Virus record (IMG/VR): IMGVR_UViG_3300029916_000002 | Length of the DNA stretch: 64,000 bases | Source of the DNA: an uncultured virus (IMG/VR IMGVR_UViG_3300029916_000002) | Lineage: Duplodnaviria; Heunggongvirae; Uroviricota; Caudoviricetes | Strand: one strand, 5' to 3' | Shown: one piece after another, positions 8,111 to 17,452 of the stretch | How the letters are laid out: every line of letters begins with the position of its first letter | How positions within the stretch are numbered: the first letter of the stretch is position 1 | Notes under the pieces: model-generated | The model's input: only the letters and a program-made list of their open reading frames with translations | The model's database searches: none | What the model was told of the DNA's origin: nothing | Program-made: the position numbers and the translations under genes

Positions 8111-8173
8111 TAAAAACATCTTAATTTACAAATCTTTTCTTAGGATTTATTCATTAGAGGATCTTAAGATATT

Positions 8174-8243
8174 TAATGACAAGATTAATCGGTTTATATA
8201 TGTCAAGAGTTATCTTGTCATTAGCGCGGCGAAACCTTAAAAT
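8174..8243 (+). promoter_or_regulatory. Putative promoter of the head operon with a 12-bp inverted repeat
   Basis: TTGTCA(8215)-N17-TAAAAT(8238); TAATGACAAGAT 8174-8185 / ATCTTGTCATTA 8212-8223. Confidence 0.6.
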
Positions 8244-8279
8244 GAGAGATAATAGTTAAAAAGTGATAAGCGATAAAAT

Positions 8280-10643
8280 ATGATGAAAATCAAACTGTTA
8301 GACAAGATTTTTTATAAGGAAGTCGTGCCGGAGATCCCTGTCGCGACTGAACTTGACCCGGAGCATGGAAACTATGGCGCTGGTCGACGTGATGAATGGA
8401 AAGTGCCTTTCTCAATTGAGGCGTTACAGTTAACGAAAGCTAATGAATTCCCCATTTATGACGAAGCAAAAGAAATTTTAGCCGCCGCGACCGATGCCTC
8501 TGAATCGACAGAAATCGATGGGAAGGCTATGGACGATGACGGCTATCAAGCTCCCGAACCCATAAATTCTAAATTCAATTCAGAATATACGGTGCCTGAA
8601 GGGATCATGCGTTGGTATGCCACTCAATCTTTCATTGGGTATCAAGCATGTGCGATCATAGCCCAGCAATGGCTAGTAAATAAAGCGTGTTCCATGGCCG
8701 GAGAAGATGCCGCTAGAAATGGTTGGGACATTAAAGCGGATGATGGCTCGGATCTTGATTCAAAAACTCTTTTTGCGATTCGACATAAAGATATTCAGAT
8801 GGAAGTAACAAAAAATCTAAAAGAGTTTAATCGTTTTAAAAATATATTCGGGATTCGTGTAGCGATATTTCAAGTTAAAAGCGACGATTCCAGATATTAC
8901 GAAAAGCCTTTTAATATTGATAGTGTTACGAAAGGCTCTTATTACGGAATATCTCAGGTAGATCCATATTGGATGACTCCAATGCTAACCGCAGATTCTA
9001 CGGCAGATCCATCAGGACAACATTTTTATGAGCCTGATTACTGGATTATTAGCGGACAGAAATATCACCGATCTCATTTATCTATTGCTATTGGTGATGA
9101 AGTTGCCGATATATTGAAGCCGACTTATATTTTTGGCGGAGTTTCGCTAGTCCAAGTTATTTACGAACGTTGTTACGCCGCAGAAAGAACGGCGAACGAA
9201 GCGCCATTGCTAGCTATGAATAAACGTATGACTATTATGCATACGGACATGGATCAAGTTATGGCAGACGAAGATTCATTTTTACTTAAAATGCAAAAAT
9301 GGGTTTTTTATCGTGATAACAATTCAGTAAAAATCGTTGGGTTAAAAGAATCATTAGAACAAATAGATACGAATTTAACAGATCTTGATTCTGTTATCAT
9401 GAATCAATATCAACTAGTTTCTGCTATTGCAAAAGTTCCAGCAACAAAATTACTTGGCACTTCGCCAAAGGGATTTAATGCGTCCGGTGAATTTGAAATT
9501 GTTTCTTATCATGAAGAATTGGAATCAATTCAAAATGGTCCGTATCAAATGATGCTTGATCACCATTATCTTCTAATGGCTAAATCGATGGGTTTAAGTT
9601 ATGGCCTCACGGTCGTGTGGCAACCCGTAGATTCACTGACCGCAACCCAACGCGCAGCCTTGAACTATCAGAAGGCGCAGACGGGAGAAATTTACGTTAA
9701 CCTCGGTGTCATTTCCCCCGACGATGAATTCAAACGTGTCAAAAACGATAAATTTAGCGGTTACAATCAGTTAGAAGATAATTCGACGAATGAATCTAAC
9801 CCGCAGGCAGGCATGACGCCGGAAAATATTGCCGCGCTGGAGAAGGCCGGGGCTGAACAAAAGAAAGGAGAAGCCGCCGTATCAAAAGCTGTTGATCCAC
9901 AGGCTCCCGAGGCAAATCCAGACGATAATCAGGCGTCGCTACGTGAAAAATCGGGTACAACTCCCCCCACCGATTCTCAGAATTCAAATTTTAATGAACA
10001 ACGGACGGCTAAAGTAGATGTTAACAAAATCAAGCTTTTACGCGATTACCTCACTCAAATTGACGCTTTACTGGTCCCTGAAGGGCAAGACATAAACCCC
10101 GACATAACAGGCCATGGGCGCTCAGTACGGCCTTCAGTGACCGGGATACGCCCTAACGTGTCAGGTATCAGCTCAGTTATCGAGAAAACGCCGCGCGACA
10201 AAATGCAACGGATGAAAATCAATGGTATGATTTGTTACGTCGAAAATCCTCGCGATTCAATACGCAAAGGTGAAGGCCAGGACGGTCCATGGTCTATTAA
10301 AATGCCGCACCATTACGGTTTTATTGATGGCACAAAAGGCGCTGACGGTGATGAATTGGATTGCTTCATCGGGAGAAATTTAAACTCTAAACGTGTTTTC
10401 GTCATAGATCAGTATGACGAAAACGGCAATTTCGATGAGCATAAATGTATGATTGGCTTTAATAATTCCAATGACGCGAAGGATGCGTACCTGCAATCAT
10501 TTAAACCAGGGTGGAAAGGATTCGGCGGATTAAAAACTTTGTCAGTCAATAATTTTAAACAATTCGCCGCAGGTAATTGCAATACTCCGTTATGCGAAAG
10601 GAATATTGCTGAACAAACAACTAACGCGCCGATACCGGGATAA
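8280..10643 (+). CDS. Portal protein (DUF1073 type) with C-terminal inorganic-pyrophosphatase-like domain
   Basis: FIGYQACAIIAQ, YHRSHL and IPATKLLG-like (VPATKLLGTSPKGFNASGE) portal motifs; C-terminal HYGFIDGTKGADGDELDCF...FDEHK; first gene of the head operon. Confidence 0.88.
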   Translation: MMKIKLLDKIFYKEVVPEIPVATELDPEHGNYGAGRRDEWKVPFSIEALQLTKANEFPIYDEAKEILAAATDASESTEIDGKAMDDDGYQAPEPINSKFNSEYTVPEGIMRWYATQSFIGYQACAIIAQQWLVNKACSMAGEDAARNGWDIKADDGSDLDSKTLFAIRHKDIQMEVTKNLKEFNRFKNIFGIRVAIFQVKSDDSRYYEKPFNIDSVTKGSYYGISQVDPYWMTPMLTADSTADPSGQHFYEPDYWIISGQKYHRSHLSIAIGDEVADILKPTYIFGGVSLVQVIYERCYAAERTANEAPLLAMNKRMTIMHTDMDQVMADEDSFLLKMQKWVFYRDNNSVKIVGLKESLEQIDTNLTDLDSVIMNQYQLVSAIAKVPATKLLGTSPKGFNASGEFEIVSYHEELESIQNGPYQMMLDHHYLLMAKSMGLSYGLTVVWQPVDSLTATQRAALNYQKAQTGEIYVNLGVISPDDEFKRVKNDKFSGYNQLEDNSTNESNPQAGMTPENIAALEKAGAEQKKGEAAVSKAVDPQAPEANPDDNQASLREKSGTTPPTDSQNSNFNEQRTAKVDVNKIKLLRDYLTQIDALLVPEGQDINPDITGHGRSVRPSVTGIRPNVSGISSVIEKTPRDKMQRMKINGMICYVENPRDSIRKGEGQDGPWSIKMPHHYGFIDGTKGADGDELDCFIGRNLNSKRVFVIDQYDENGNFDEHKCMIGFNNSNDAKDAYLQSFKPGWKGFGGLKTLSVNNFKQFAAGNCNTPLCERNIAEQTTNAPIPG

Positions 10644-10649
10644 CAAATC

Positions 10650-11480
10650 ATGGCATCTAAAATAAAAAGTAGAAAAGATCCCGATCCGGTTGGAACCGGT
10701 AAGCCTATCACTCCATCACGCGCTATTATTTCATGGTATAATGCGCAATTGGAAATGGTAACGAATGCCATGATTGAAGATTATCGGCACGAATTAGGGC
10801 ATTTATTTCAAGATCCGCGCGTCAGAAAATTTTACGGCATGGACGTTTCTATAAATTCTTTATTTGATCGTATTTTAAAAGAATTAGACAAAAAATGGTT
10901 TAATGTTTTTAACGGTTTTGCAAAAACAACTTCTAAAGATTTTATTGGAAAAATAGACACAAGCGCGACAAATTCAACGTTATATAGTTTAAAAGTTGCC
11001 GGAATTAAACTTCCAAAAGCAGAATATAAAAGTTCTGTAATGAATACACTTGGTGCAGCTACTGATTTTAATCATACATTGATTACTAATATTTCCGAAG
11101 ACATCCACGAAAAAATTTACAATTCAATAATGTTATCTTTAACTTCTCCTAATCCCGAAGAGCAAGGAATGACTGGAATCGAAAATACATTAAAATCAGT
11201 TGGTGGATTTTCTAAAAAAAGAATTGCGTTAATTACTGAAGATCAAACTAGTAAATTATATAGCGCTTTAAGTGACGAAAGAATGAGAGAAAATAACGTA
11301 GATGAATTTCGCTGGCTTCATTCATCAGCCGGTAAAGTCCCGCGTAAAACTCATGTAGCGAAGAATAATCAAATTTTTAAATTAGACGATTCTAGATTAT
11401 GGGAAGGACCGAAAGCGGATCAAGGGCCGCCAGGATGGGCAATTCGGTGTCGTTGCCGCAAAATTCCAATTATTCGATGA
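10650..11480 (+). CDS. Minor head protein (MuF/SPP1 gp7 family)
   Basis: [19 protein letters not shown] and [10 protein letters not shown] motifs; follows the portal. Confidence 0.9.
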   Translation: MASKIKSRKDPDPVGTGKPITPSRAIISWYNAQLEMVTNAMIEDYRHELGHLFQDPRVRKFYGMDVSINSLFDRILKELDKKWFNVFNGFAKTTSKDFIGKIDTSATNSTLYSLKVAGIKLPKAEYKSSVMNTLGAATDFNHTLITNISEDIHEKIYNSIMLSLTSPNPEEQGMTGIENTLKSVGGFSKKRIALITEDQTSKLYSALSDERMRENNVDEFRWLHSSAGKVPRKTHVAKNNQIFKLDDSRLWEGPKADQGPPGWAIRCRCRKIPIIR

Positions 11481-11490
11481 GGTAAATAAA

Positions 11491-11694
11491 ATGCCGTTGA
11501 TTCAGGGTAAATCAGAAAAGACATTAGGAAAAAATATAGGCAAGGAAATTGGCGCAGGTAAAGATCCGAAACAAGCCGCAGCTATTGCTTATTCAGTTCA
11601 GAGAAAAAATAAAGACGCAGTCATACCCAAGGCGACGCCGGAACAATTAGCCGCACTTTGCGATTTATTGGATAAAATTAGTGACTGTTGCTGA
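11491..11694 (+). CDS. Small head-associated protein
   Basis: MPL..GKS....KNI..E...GK..KQA.AIAYS pattern typical of small head-module genes; GAGG RBS. Confidence 0.75.
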   Translation: MPLIQGKSEKTLGKNIGKEIGAGKDPKQAAAIAYSVQRKNKDAVIPKATPEQLAALCDLLDKISDCC

Positions 11695-11698
11695 ATCA

Positions 11699-11976
11699 TC
11701 ACGGGAACATAACCGCAGACGTGGGAACGCTAACTTTATGATTTGAAAGATAAATATAGTCACTTTCCCACGTTATCGGCAAAAATTGAAAATTTTAAAT
11801 CTCTATATATATAATCAATGAACACTATTTAAATATATGTACTTACTACTATATATGATGTTATACATGGTAAGGTAAGTGATATTCTTATTATAGATAC
11901 ATACAGATCAACAACTTGCGGCAATTTCGTTTCTTCATATCACGTTAAATTTGGCTTAAATCTCATGGTAATCCCG
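11699..11976. repeat. Non-coding AT-rich element, copy 1 (colinear with 57304-57612); putative origin or DNA-transaction site
   Basis: Ordered shared blocks TCACGGGAA, IHF-like site, TCGGCAAAA, CATGGTAAG, IHF-like site, TCTTCATATCACGT, TCCCG. Confidence 0.65.
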
Positions 11977-12005
11977 ATTTTTAATCCTGCAATACTTAAG
12001 AATTA

Positions 12006-12034
12006 TTGATGAATCATTGTGGTCGGGATATAAT
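12006..12034 (+). promoter_or_regulatory. Sigma70-type promoter for protease/capsid genes
   Basis: TTGATG-N17-TATAAT. Confidence 0.7.
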
Positions 12035-12064
12035 CATAACAATTCCATTTATAAGGCGTTGAAA

Positions 12065-13606
12065 ATGCCCGAATCGGCTAGAGAGATTGATTCTAACGGG
12101 TTTTTAATCGTTCGTGGATGCCCTATTTCAACTTACGGCGTGTTTGATTACAGCGCCGGACAGATAGGTTTAGACGGCGATCCGAACAGAATTGTTAAAG
12201 TATATCGCCCAGAATACGCCGTCAAAGACCCGCAGGCCATTGAATCATTCAAGGACGTTCCTTTAGTTGATGACCACACTATGTTATCGGGATTTGATAA
12301 TGATCCTGAAAACGTAGACCCGGATGAAAAGGGCGTTTCTGGAATATTAACAAGTCATATCTATTATCAAAAACCCTGGATGCGCGGCGATATTAAAATA
12401 TTTTCGCGTGGAGTGAAAGATAAAATTCTTTCTAAAATGAAAGACGATCTTTCATTAGGATTCGGCTGCAAATATCGTTTAGAATCCGGTGTATGGAATG
12501 GTCAAGCATATGAAGTTGTGCAAGATCATATTCGCGGCAACCACTTAGCGCTTGTCGATGAAGGAAGGATACCGGGCGCGAGGGTTTTAGACGGTCGTTG
12601 TTTTGATCATCTAAATTTCGACATTATTAATAATATGGGTATTGAAACAATGAAAAAGCCAATTCCGGTTAACAAAATTAATTTTTTGAAAAAGAAAGCC
12701 GCAGAATTATCGAAAGTTGCTAAAGATGCAGGTGAAACTGCGTTGAAAGAAGGTGAACAAGGGATGGACGATGGCAATCCCGCTGCCCAAATTCTTTCCC
12801 TATTGCCACAACTCACACAAGCTCTGACCGCATTTTTCGGTCAGGAAGAAACTGAACCGGCTCACGAAGATCCGAACGCAGCGCCCGCCGCAACCGAACC
12901 AGTAGAACCCGAGACAGACGGCGAACCTACTGATCCGACTGATATTCCGGCCAGTCCTGAAGAACCTACGTCGAACGAAACGGGCGAAGAGCCTACCGCG
13001 ACTGCGCCGGAACAAACCGATCCTAATGCCGCTGGCGGCGATTTGCCATCGCTGATTGCACAAGTCAAAGCGTTGCTTGCTCAGATCGAAGGTGGCGCTG
13101 CGACCGACGCGCCGGAAAATTTGCCCGCAGGCAAAGACGCTGAACCGTATCCGGTGCCGATGCCAGCCAAAGGCAAGGACACGGAAGAATTGCCCACCGA
13201 TGAATCGACGGATGCTGTAGCGGGGCTGCAAGAACAAAGTAAACCAGGGGCGATGATGAAAACTGATGATAACAAAGTTTCGATGGATGCGGCGTTGAAA
13301 TATTTCCGCGAAGACGAATCAAAAAAATTGAAATTATATAACAGACTCTCTCGCGTCATCGGAGCGTTTAATCATTCGACCATGGACTCAAAACAGGTTG
13401 GCGCTTATGGCGTTAAAAAATTGGGTCTTCCATGCCAGAAAGGTTTTGAATCCGTGGCGCTGGATGCTTATTTTTCTGCAATTGAAAAAGCAGCTACGCA
13501 GCAAAAAGCAATTCAAGCGCAACGCGTTGCAGCAATGGATAGCGCTATTTACGACGCCCCTACGGGAACGCCGGAATTAGATTCCTATATTAACGGGGGT
13601 AAATAA
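12065..13606 (+). CDS. Prohead protease/scaffold (DUF2213 family)
   Basis: IDSNGFL..CPIS..GVFDY, LSLGF and IRGNHLALVDEGR motifs, then acidic Pro-rich scaffold region; start moved to MPESA. Confidence 0.88.
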   Translation: MPESAREIDSNGFLIVRGCPISTYGVFDYSAGQIGLDGDPNRIVKVYRPEYAVKDPQAIESFKDVPLVDDHTMLSGFDNDPENVDPDEKGVSGILTSHIYYQKPWMRGDIKIFSRGVKDKILSKMKDDLSLGFGCKYRLESGVWNGQAYEVVQDHIRGNHLALVDEGRIPGARVLDGRCFDHLNFDIINNMGIETMKKPIPVNKINFLKKKAAELSKVAKDAGETALKEGEQGMDDGNPAAQILSLLPQLTQALTAFFGQEETEPAHEDPNAAPAATEPVEPETDGEPTDPTDIPASPEEPTSNETGEEPTATAPEQTDPNAAGGDLPSLIAQVKALLAQIEGGAATDAPENLPAGKDAEPYPVPMPAKGKDTEELPTDESTDAVAGLQEQSKPGAMMKTDDNKVSMDAALKYFREDESKKLKLYNRLSRVIGAFNHSTMDSKQVGAYGVKKLGLPCQKGFESVALDAYFSAIEKAATQQKAIQAQRVAAMDSAIYDAPTGTPELDSYINGGK

Positions 13607-13607
13607 T

Positions 13608-14252
13608 ATGCCATTTCAAGGATTAGTAAACAGAGAATTTACGACCGGTTTTCCCGGCGATATTCTCGAAGGCGGTCCGCATCGTGCGCGGGTTGGCCGA
13701 ATTCTTTCGGCAAATGATCCGGCCGGCGTGAATACTAATCGCATTTCGCGAGTATTTGGCTGGGTATCCGGCTACGGCTCTATTGGTTCAGGTACTTCAA
13801 TCACTAATGCCGCGCGGTCGTATGAAGTCACGCTTGGCGGTGTAAACTTTTTTGGCGTCCTATTCAATCCGCAACATTATGCACTGGTCGGCACCGTCGC
13901 GGACGGGCTAGAAGGCGGAACTTTGGCTCCGACTTTGGACTTGCCGCAAGGCGTTGAAGCTGAATTTACCGATATGTGTACAGCTCTTGTCGTCGAAATT
14001 TTTAATTTCACGACCGGCGCGGTAACTATTAATTATGATGATCAAGTTGCCTATGTGCCGAATAATATTAGCGGCGCAAACAATCCGTTGGGCGTTCCAT
14101 ACGGCGCTTTAGTTGCTTTCGATGCGAGCGCGGCACTTCCGACCGGTCTTGTATTAATTCCCAACGCGCGGATCGTTAATGATGTTGCTCTGGCCGCTTC
14201 GGCAGTCGGCGCTTTAGTTTCGACCTACACCGCTGTCCAATTGACCCAATAA
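13608..14252 (+). CDS. Capsid decoration/cement protein
   Basis: Between protease and major capsid gene; ~210 aa, beta-rich. Confidence 0.7.
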   Translation: MPFQGLVNREFTTGFPGDILEGGPHRARVGRILSANDPAGVNTNRISRVFGWVSGYGSIGSGTSITNAARSYEVTLGGVNFFGVLFNPQHYALVGTVADGLEGGTLAPTLDLPQGVEAEFTDMCTALVVEIFNFTTGAVTINYDDQVAYVPNNISGANNPLGVPYGALVAFDASAALPTGLVLIPNARIVNDVALAASAVGALVSTYTAVQLTQ

Positions 14253-14267
14253 TAAGGAAAATAAAAA

Positions 14268-15431
14268 ATGAGAGGCGAAATTAGCGTTGTACGATCGACG
14301 ATTAAGCCGCGCAGTATTATTCCGGGTAATCCGCTAATATTGAGCAAAGTTACCGACTCAGCCGTACAAAGTTTGTCGCGAATCGGGATTTCTTTTTCCC
14401 GTCAATTCGTTATGGATCAGATCAGAAATCTCGGAGAAATGGGCGCTTTTAATGGCTCCGGTAATGGTATGGATGCGGCGTTTGTCGCTCCCATAACCTC
14501 TCCGTCTATTCCGACGCCGATTCAGTTTTTACAAATGTGGCTACCTGGGTTCGTCAAAATTATGACGGCGGACCGTGCTATTGATCGCCTGATTGGTATT
14601 AAGACGATTGGTTCATGGGAAGATGAAGAAATCGTTCAGAGCATCGTTGAACCGTCCGGGATGCCTACGGAATATGGTGATTTCTCTAATATTCCGTTCG
14701 TTAACTGGAATACCAATTTTGAACGCCGGACTATTGTGCGTGGCGAATTGGGGTTGTTGGTCGGGATGTTAGAAGAAGGCCGTGCCGCTAAAATGCGTTT
14801 GAATTCCGCAGATATTAAGCGAAATCAATGTGCAATTTCTCTGGAAATTATGCGTAACGCGATCGGTTTCTTTGGCTGGAATTCCGCAAATCAACGTACT
14901 TTCGGTTTGTTGAATGATCCGCAATTGCTGCCCTTTATTACAACCAGTATTACCGGTGGTGGCGGCTGGGCGTCGGCTACATTCCAAGAAATAACGGCTG
15001 ATATTCGTATTATGGTTCGCCAATTACGTATTCAGAGTCAAAATAATATTGATGCAAATAAAGTCAATACTACGTTGGCTCTACCAATGACCGTTGTTGA
15101 TTATCTTTCCACTACAACGGATTTCGGTATTTCGGTAAGTGATTGGATCGAACAAACTTATCCGAAAATGCGTATTGAATCCTGTCCTGAATTCTCCGGC
15201 GCACATCCTACGGATGATGACAATATCTGTATGCTGTATGCCGAGGAAGTTGATTCATCTTTGGACGGTTCAACGGATGGCGGTGAAGTCTTTATCCAGA
15301 TGGTACAGACAAAATACACTACGCTGGGTGTCGAAAAGAAAGCAAAATCTTATATCGAAGATTATGCTAACGGCACCGCAGGCGTTATGTGTAAACGTCC
15401 GTATGCAGTCGTTCGGATGTACGGTATTTAA
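14268..15431 (+). CDS. Major capsid protein (DUF2184-like)
   Basis: [27 protein letters not shown] and [12 protein letters not shown] motifs; followed by a terminator. Confidence 0.9.
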   Translation: MRGEISVVRSTIKPRSIIPGNPLILSKVTDSAVQSLSRIGISFSRQFVMDQIRNLGEMGAFNGSGNGMDAAFVAPITSPSIPTPIQFLQMWLPGFVKIMTADRAIDRLIGIKTIGSWEDEEIVQSIVEPSGMPTEYGDFSNIPFVNWNTNFERRTIVRGELGLLVGMLEEGRAAKMRLNSADIKRNQCAISLEIMRNAIGFFGWNSANQRTFGLLNDPQLLPFITTSITGGGGWASATFQEITADIRIMVRQLRIQSQNNIDANKVNTTLALPMTVVDYLSTTTDFGISVSDWIEQTYPKMRIESCPEFSGAHPTDDDNICMLYAEEVDSSLDGSTDGGEVFIQMVQTKYTTLGVEKKAKSYIEDYANGTAGVMCKRPYAVVRMYGI

Positions 15432-15433
15432 AT

Positions 15434-15463
15434 AATATGGGGAGAATTTACTCCCCATATTTT
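15434..15463 (+). terminator. Rho-independent terminator after the capsid gene
   Basis: AATATGGGGAG-aattta-CTCCCCATATT followed by T residues. Confidence 0.8.
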
Positions 15464-15522
15464 CCAAGAATCTTTACGTGCTGTCGGGGCCGTAAGATCA
15501 TAATAAATAGGACGACAAAATC

Positions 15523-16020
15523 ATGACTAAATATGTGACATCAACAATGACATCAAGTGTGGGTTATTGCATTTATGAACAAAATACAGGGCTGGAACCT
15601 CGCAAGCAAGGGATGCCAGCTTTATCAAGATTGCCTAAGATTTTGAAAAAAATAATTATTCGCGGCGGTGCGGGTATTCCATCGGAAACTAGCGGCTCAG
15701 GCGATATGGTAAAAGATAAAAATAGCGGCGTCCCTATTTGGACGGCGCACGGCGTGGTGACGGCTGTTAAAGATGAGGACATGGAACTATTGCTTGATAA
15801 TGTCGTCTTTAAAAAACATCTTGAAAAAGGTTATGTCCGCGTAGTTGATACGGATATTCGCGGAAATAATAAAGCTATCATGCGGGAAGTTAAAAGCATG
15901 GAAGAAAAAGATCAGTTTGCTCAATTGAACAACGAAACATTCAAAGACATGATTAATCAAAAAATGAAAATCGTATCGGCAGATAAAAACGATAATTTCG
16001 ACGATATTCCACGTAACTAA
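15523..16020 (+). CDS. Hypothetical head-module protein
   Basis: I.GGAG...GVVTAV...L..N.VFKKHLEKGY; position after the capsid gene. Confidence 0.7.
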   Translation: MTKYVTSTMTSSVGYCIYEQNTGLEPRKQGMPALSRLPKILKKIIIRGGAGIPSETSGSGDMVKDKNSGVPIWTAHGVVTAVKDEDMELLLDNVVFKKHLEKGYVRVVDTDIRGNNKAIMREVKSMEEKDQFAQLNNETFKDMINQKMKIVSADKNDNFDDIPRN

Positions 16021-16035
16021 AATTAGGCGGATACA

Positions 16036-16485
16036 ATGGCTTATAATGATCCTGCATTTCGGGCGCAATTTCCAGAATTCGCGGACCCTACCGCGTATCC
16101 GGCTATTACTATCAGCAATTCATATTTTACCGCAACAGCTTTCATTAATGATGTTAATTCTCCATGCAGAACATTGCGCGGCAATGCGTTAGTTGTTGCA
16201 ATGAATTATCTTACCGCGCATTTATTATATTTAAGCTTGACAGCTACGAATGCCGTTTCGCCAGTTTATAATGGCGGCGGAATGGTAACAAGTGCATCTA
16301 TTGGCGAAATTAGCGCCACGAAATTAGCGCCACCGGTTGAAGATGGCTGGCAATATTGGCTCGCGAGTTCTCCTTATGGACAGGCATTATGGGCGCTTCT
16401 AAAACTTAAATCCGTTGGAGGAACCGCCGTTAATGGATTACCTGAACGTACCGGATTTAGAAAAATTGGCGGAGTATTTTTATGA
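16036..16485 (+). CDS. Head-to-tail adaptor (DUF4054-like)
   Basis: FRAQFPEFAD, LTAHLL and WLASSPYGQ motifs. Confidence 0.85.
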   Translation: MAYNDPAFRAQFPEFADPTAYPAITISNSYFTATAFINDVNSPCRTLRGNALVVAMNYLTAHLLYLSLTATNAVSPVYNGGGMVTSASIGEISATKLAPPVEDGWQYWLASSPYGQALWALLKLKSVGGTAVNGLPERTGFRKIGGVFL

Positions 16486-16856
16486 TACCCGGCATTAATT
16501 TACTCCACGTTGCAGCTACGGTAATTCAACTAACTAAAGTTGAATATTATCCTTGCGTGAGTAGAGTAAAAGATAACATGGGCCGATGGGTAGTTACCTA
16601 CGGCCCCATGTTTACTATCGGCGCATCAGTTCAACCTATTCCGAGATCTAAATACGCTTTCCTTGATTTAGATTTCCAAAAGAAATATGTAAAAATATTC
16701 GTCCCATATAATTCTATAGATTTGGATCGGGATGTTGCCGGAGATCAATTCGTTTTTGCTGGCGAAAAGTATACTTTTCAGGATAACACTGAATGGTATG
16801 ACATGGACGGATGGAATTCTGCGATTGCAATTAAAGTTGAAATGGCGGTATCATGA
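16482..16856 (+). CDS. Neck/collar (head closure) protein
   Basis: MIPGINLL, SVQP, LDRD..GD and WY..DGW motifs; synteny. Confidence 0.75.
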   Translation: MIPGINLLHVAATVIQLTKVEYYPCVSRVKDNMGRWVVTYGPMFTIGASVQPIPRSKYAFLDLDFQKKYVKIFVPYNSIDLDRDVAGDQFVFAGEKYTFQDNTEWYDMDGWNSAIAIKVEMAVS

Positions 16857-17434
16857 CAGATTTGGAATTATTAGCTTTAGTTCAAAATCAATTATCCGCC
16901 GCGCAAGTCGCGGCTGGTTATAATTATGTCATTATAAAAGCAGCTCAACCAACGCAGCAGGGAACGCCATCAGCATCATCGATTACATTTAAGAAAAAAT
17001 GGGATATTGCTTACGGGTTTCCGCAAACTTCAGAATCTTTCGATAACGTAAATAATATATTTACAGAAATTACGACTCAATACGTAGAATCGTATTTTGA
17101 AATTGGTGCATTTATAAATGAGATTCCGGGGGAATATTCTCAGACAGGTTCAGATGTCCTAGGAATGTTGCAATTATATTTATCATCAGCCGCGAATTTA
17201 AGAATACTATCAGCGAATAGTGCCGGAATGCTTAGAATAAGAGAATTAACAAATTTATATTACGATAATGATAAATCTCAATATCAAGCATTGCCAACTT
17301 TCGAATGGGTTATTACCCATCAAAAAGTTATTAATAATACCGCTCCTTTTACTTCTACGGTAACGGGAACGATAATAGATGTTAGCAGATCGTCTTTAAA
17401 TGCTAATGCTAATTTAATTATTCCTATTAAATAA
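16853..17434 (+). CDS. Tail terminator/gateway protein
   Basis: QPTQQG motif; synteny. Confidence 0.7.
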   Translation: MTDLELLALVQNQLSAAQVAAGYNYVIIKAAQPTQQGTPSASSITFKKKWDIAYGFPQTSESFDNVNNIFTEITTQYVESYFEIGAFINEIPGEYSQTGSDVLGMLQLYLSSAANLRILSANSAGMLRIRELTNLYYDNDKSQYQALPTFEWVITHQKVINNTAPFTSTVTGTIIDVSRSSLNANANLIIPIK

Positions 17435-17452
17435 CGGTTATTGAGGCTTAAA

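Noticed and set aside
8280..9800. Portal as an anti-CBASS Acb1 protein
   Set aside because: DUF1073 portals are sometimes labelled that way because of fusions, but I see no paired HxT/S 2H-phosphoesterase motifs; the fused domain here is PPase-like.
12607..13580. Multiple overlapping antisense and alternate-frame ORFs over the scaffold region (also 44427-45536)
   Set aside because: Expected from GC-richer, low-complexity coding sequence; no RBS or recognisable motifs.
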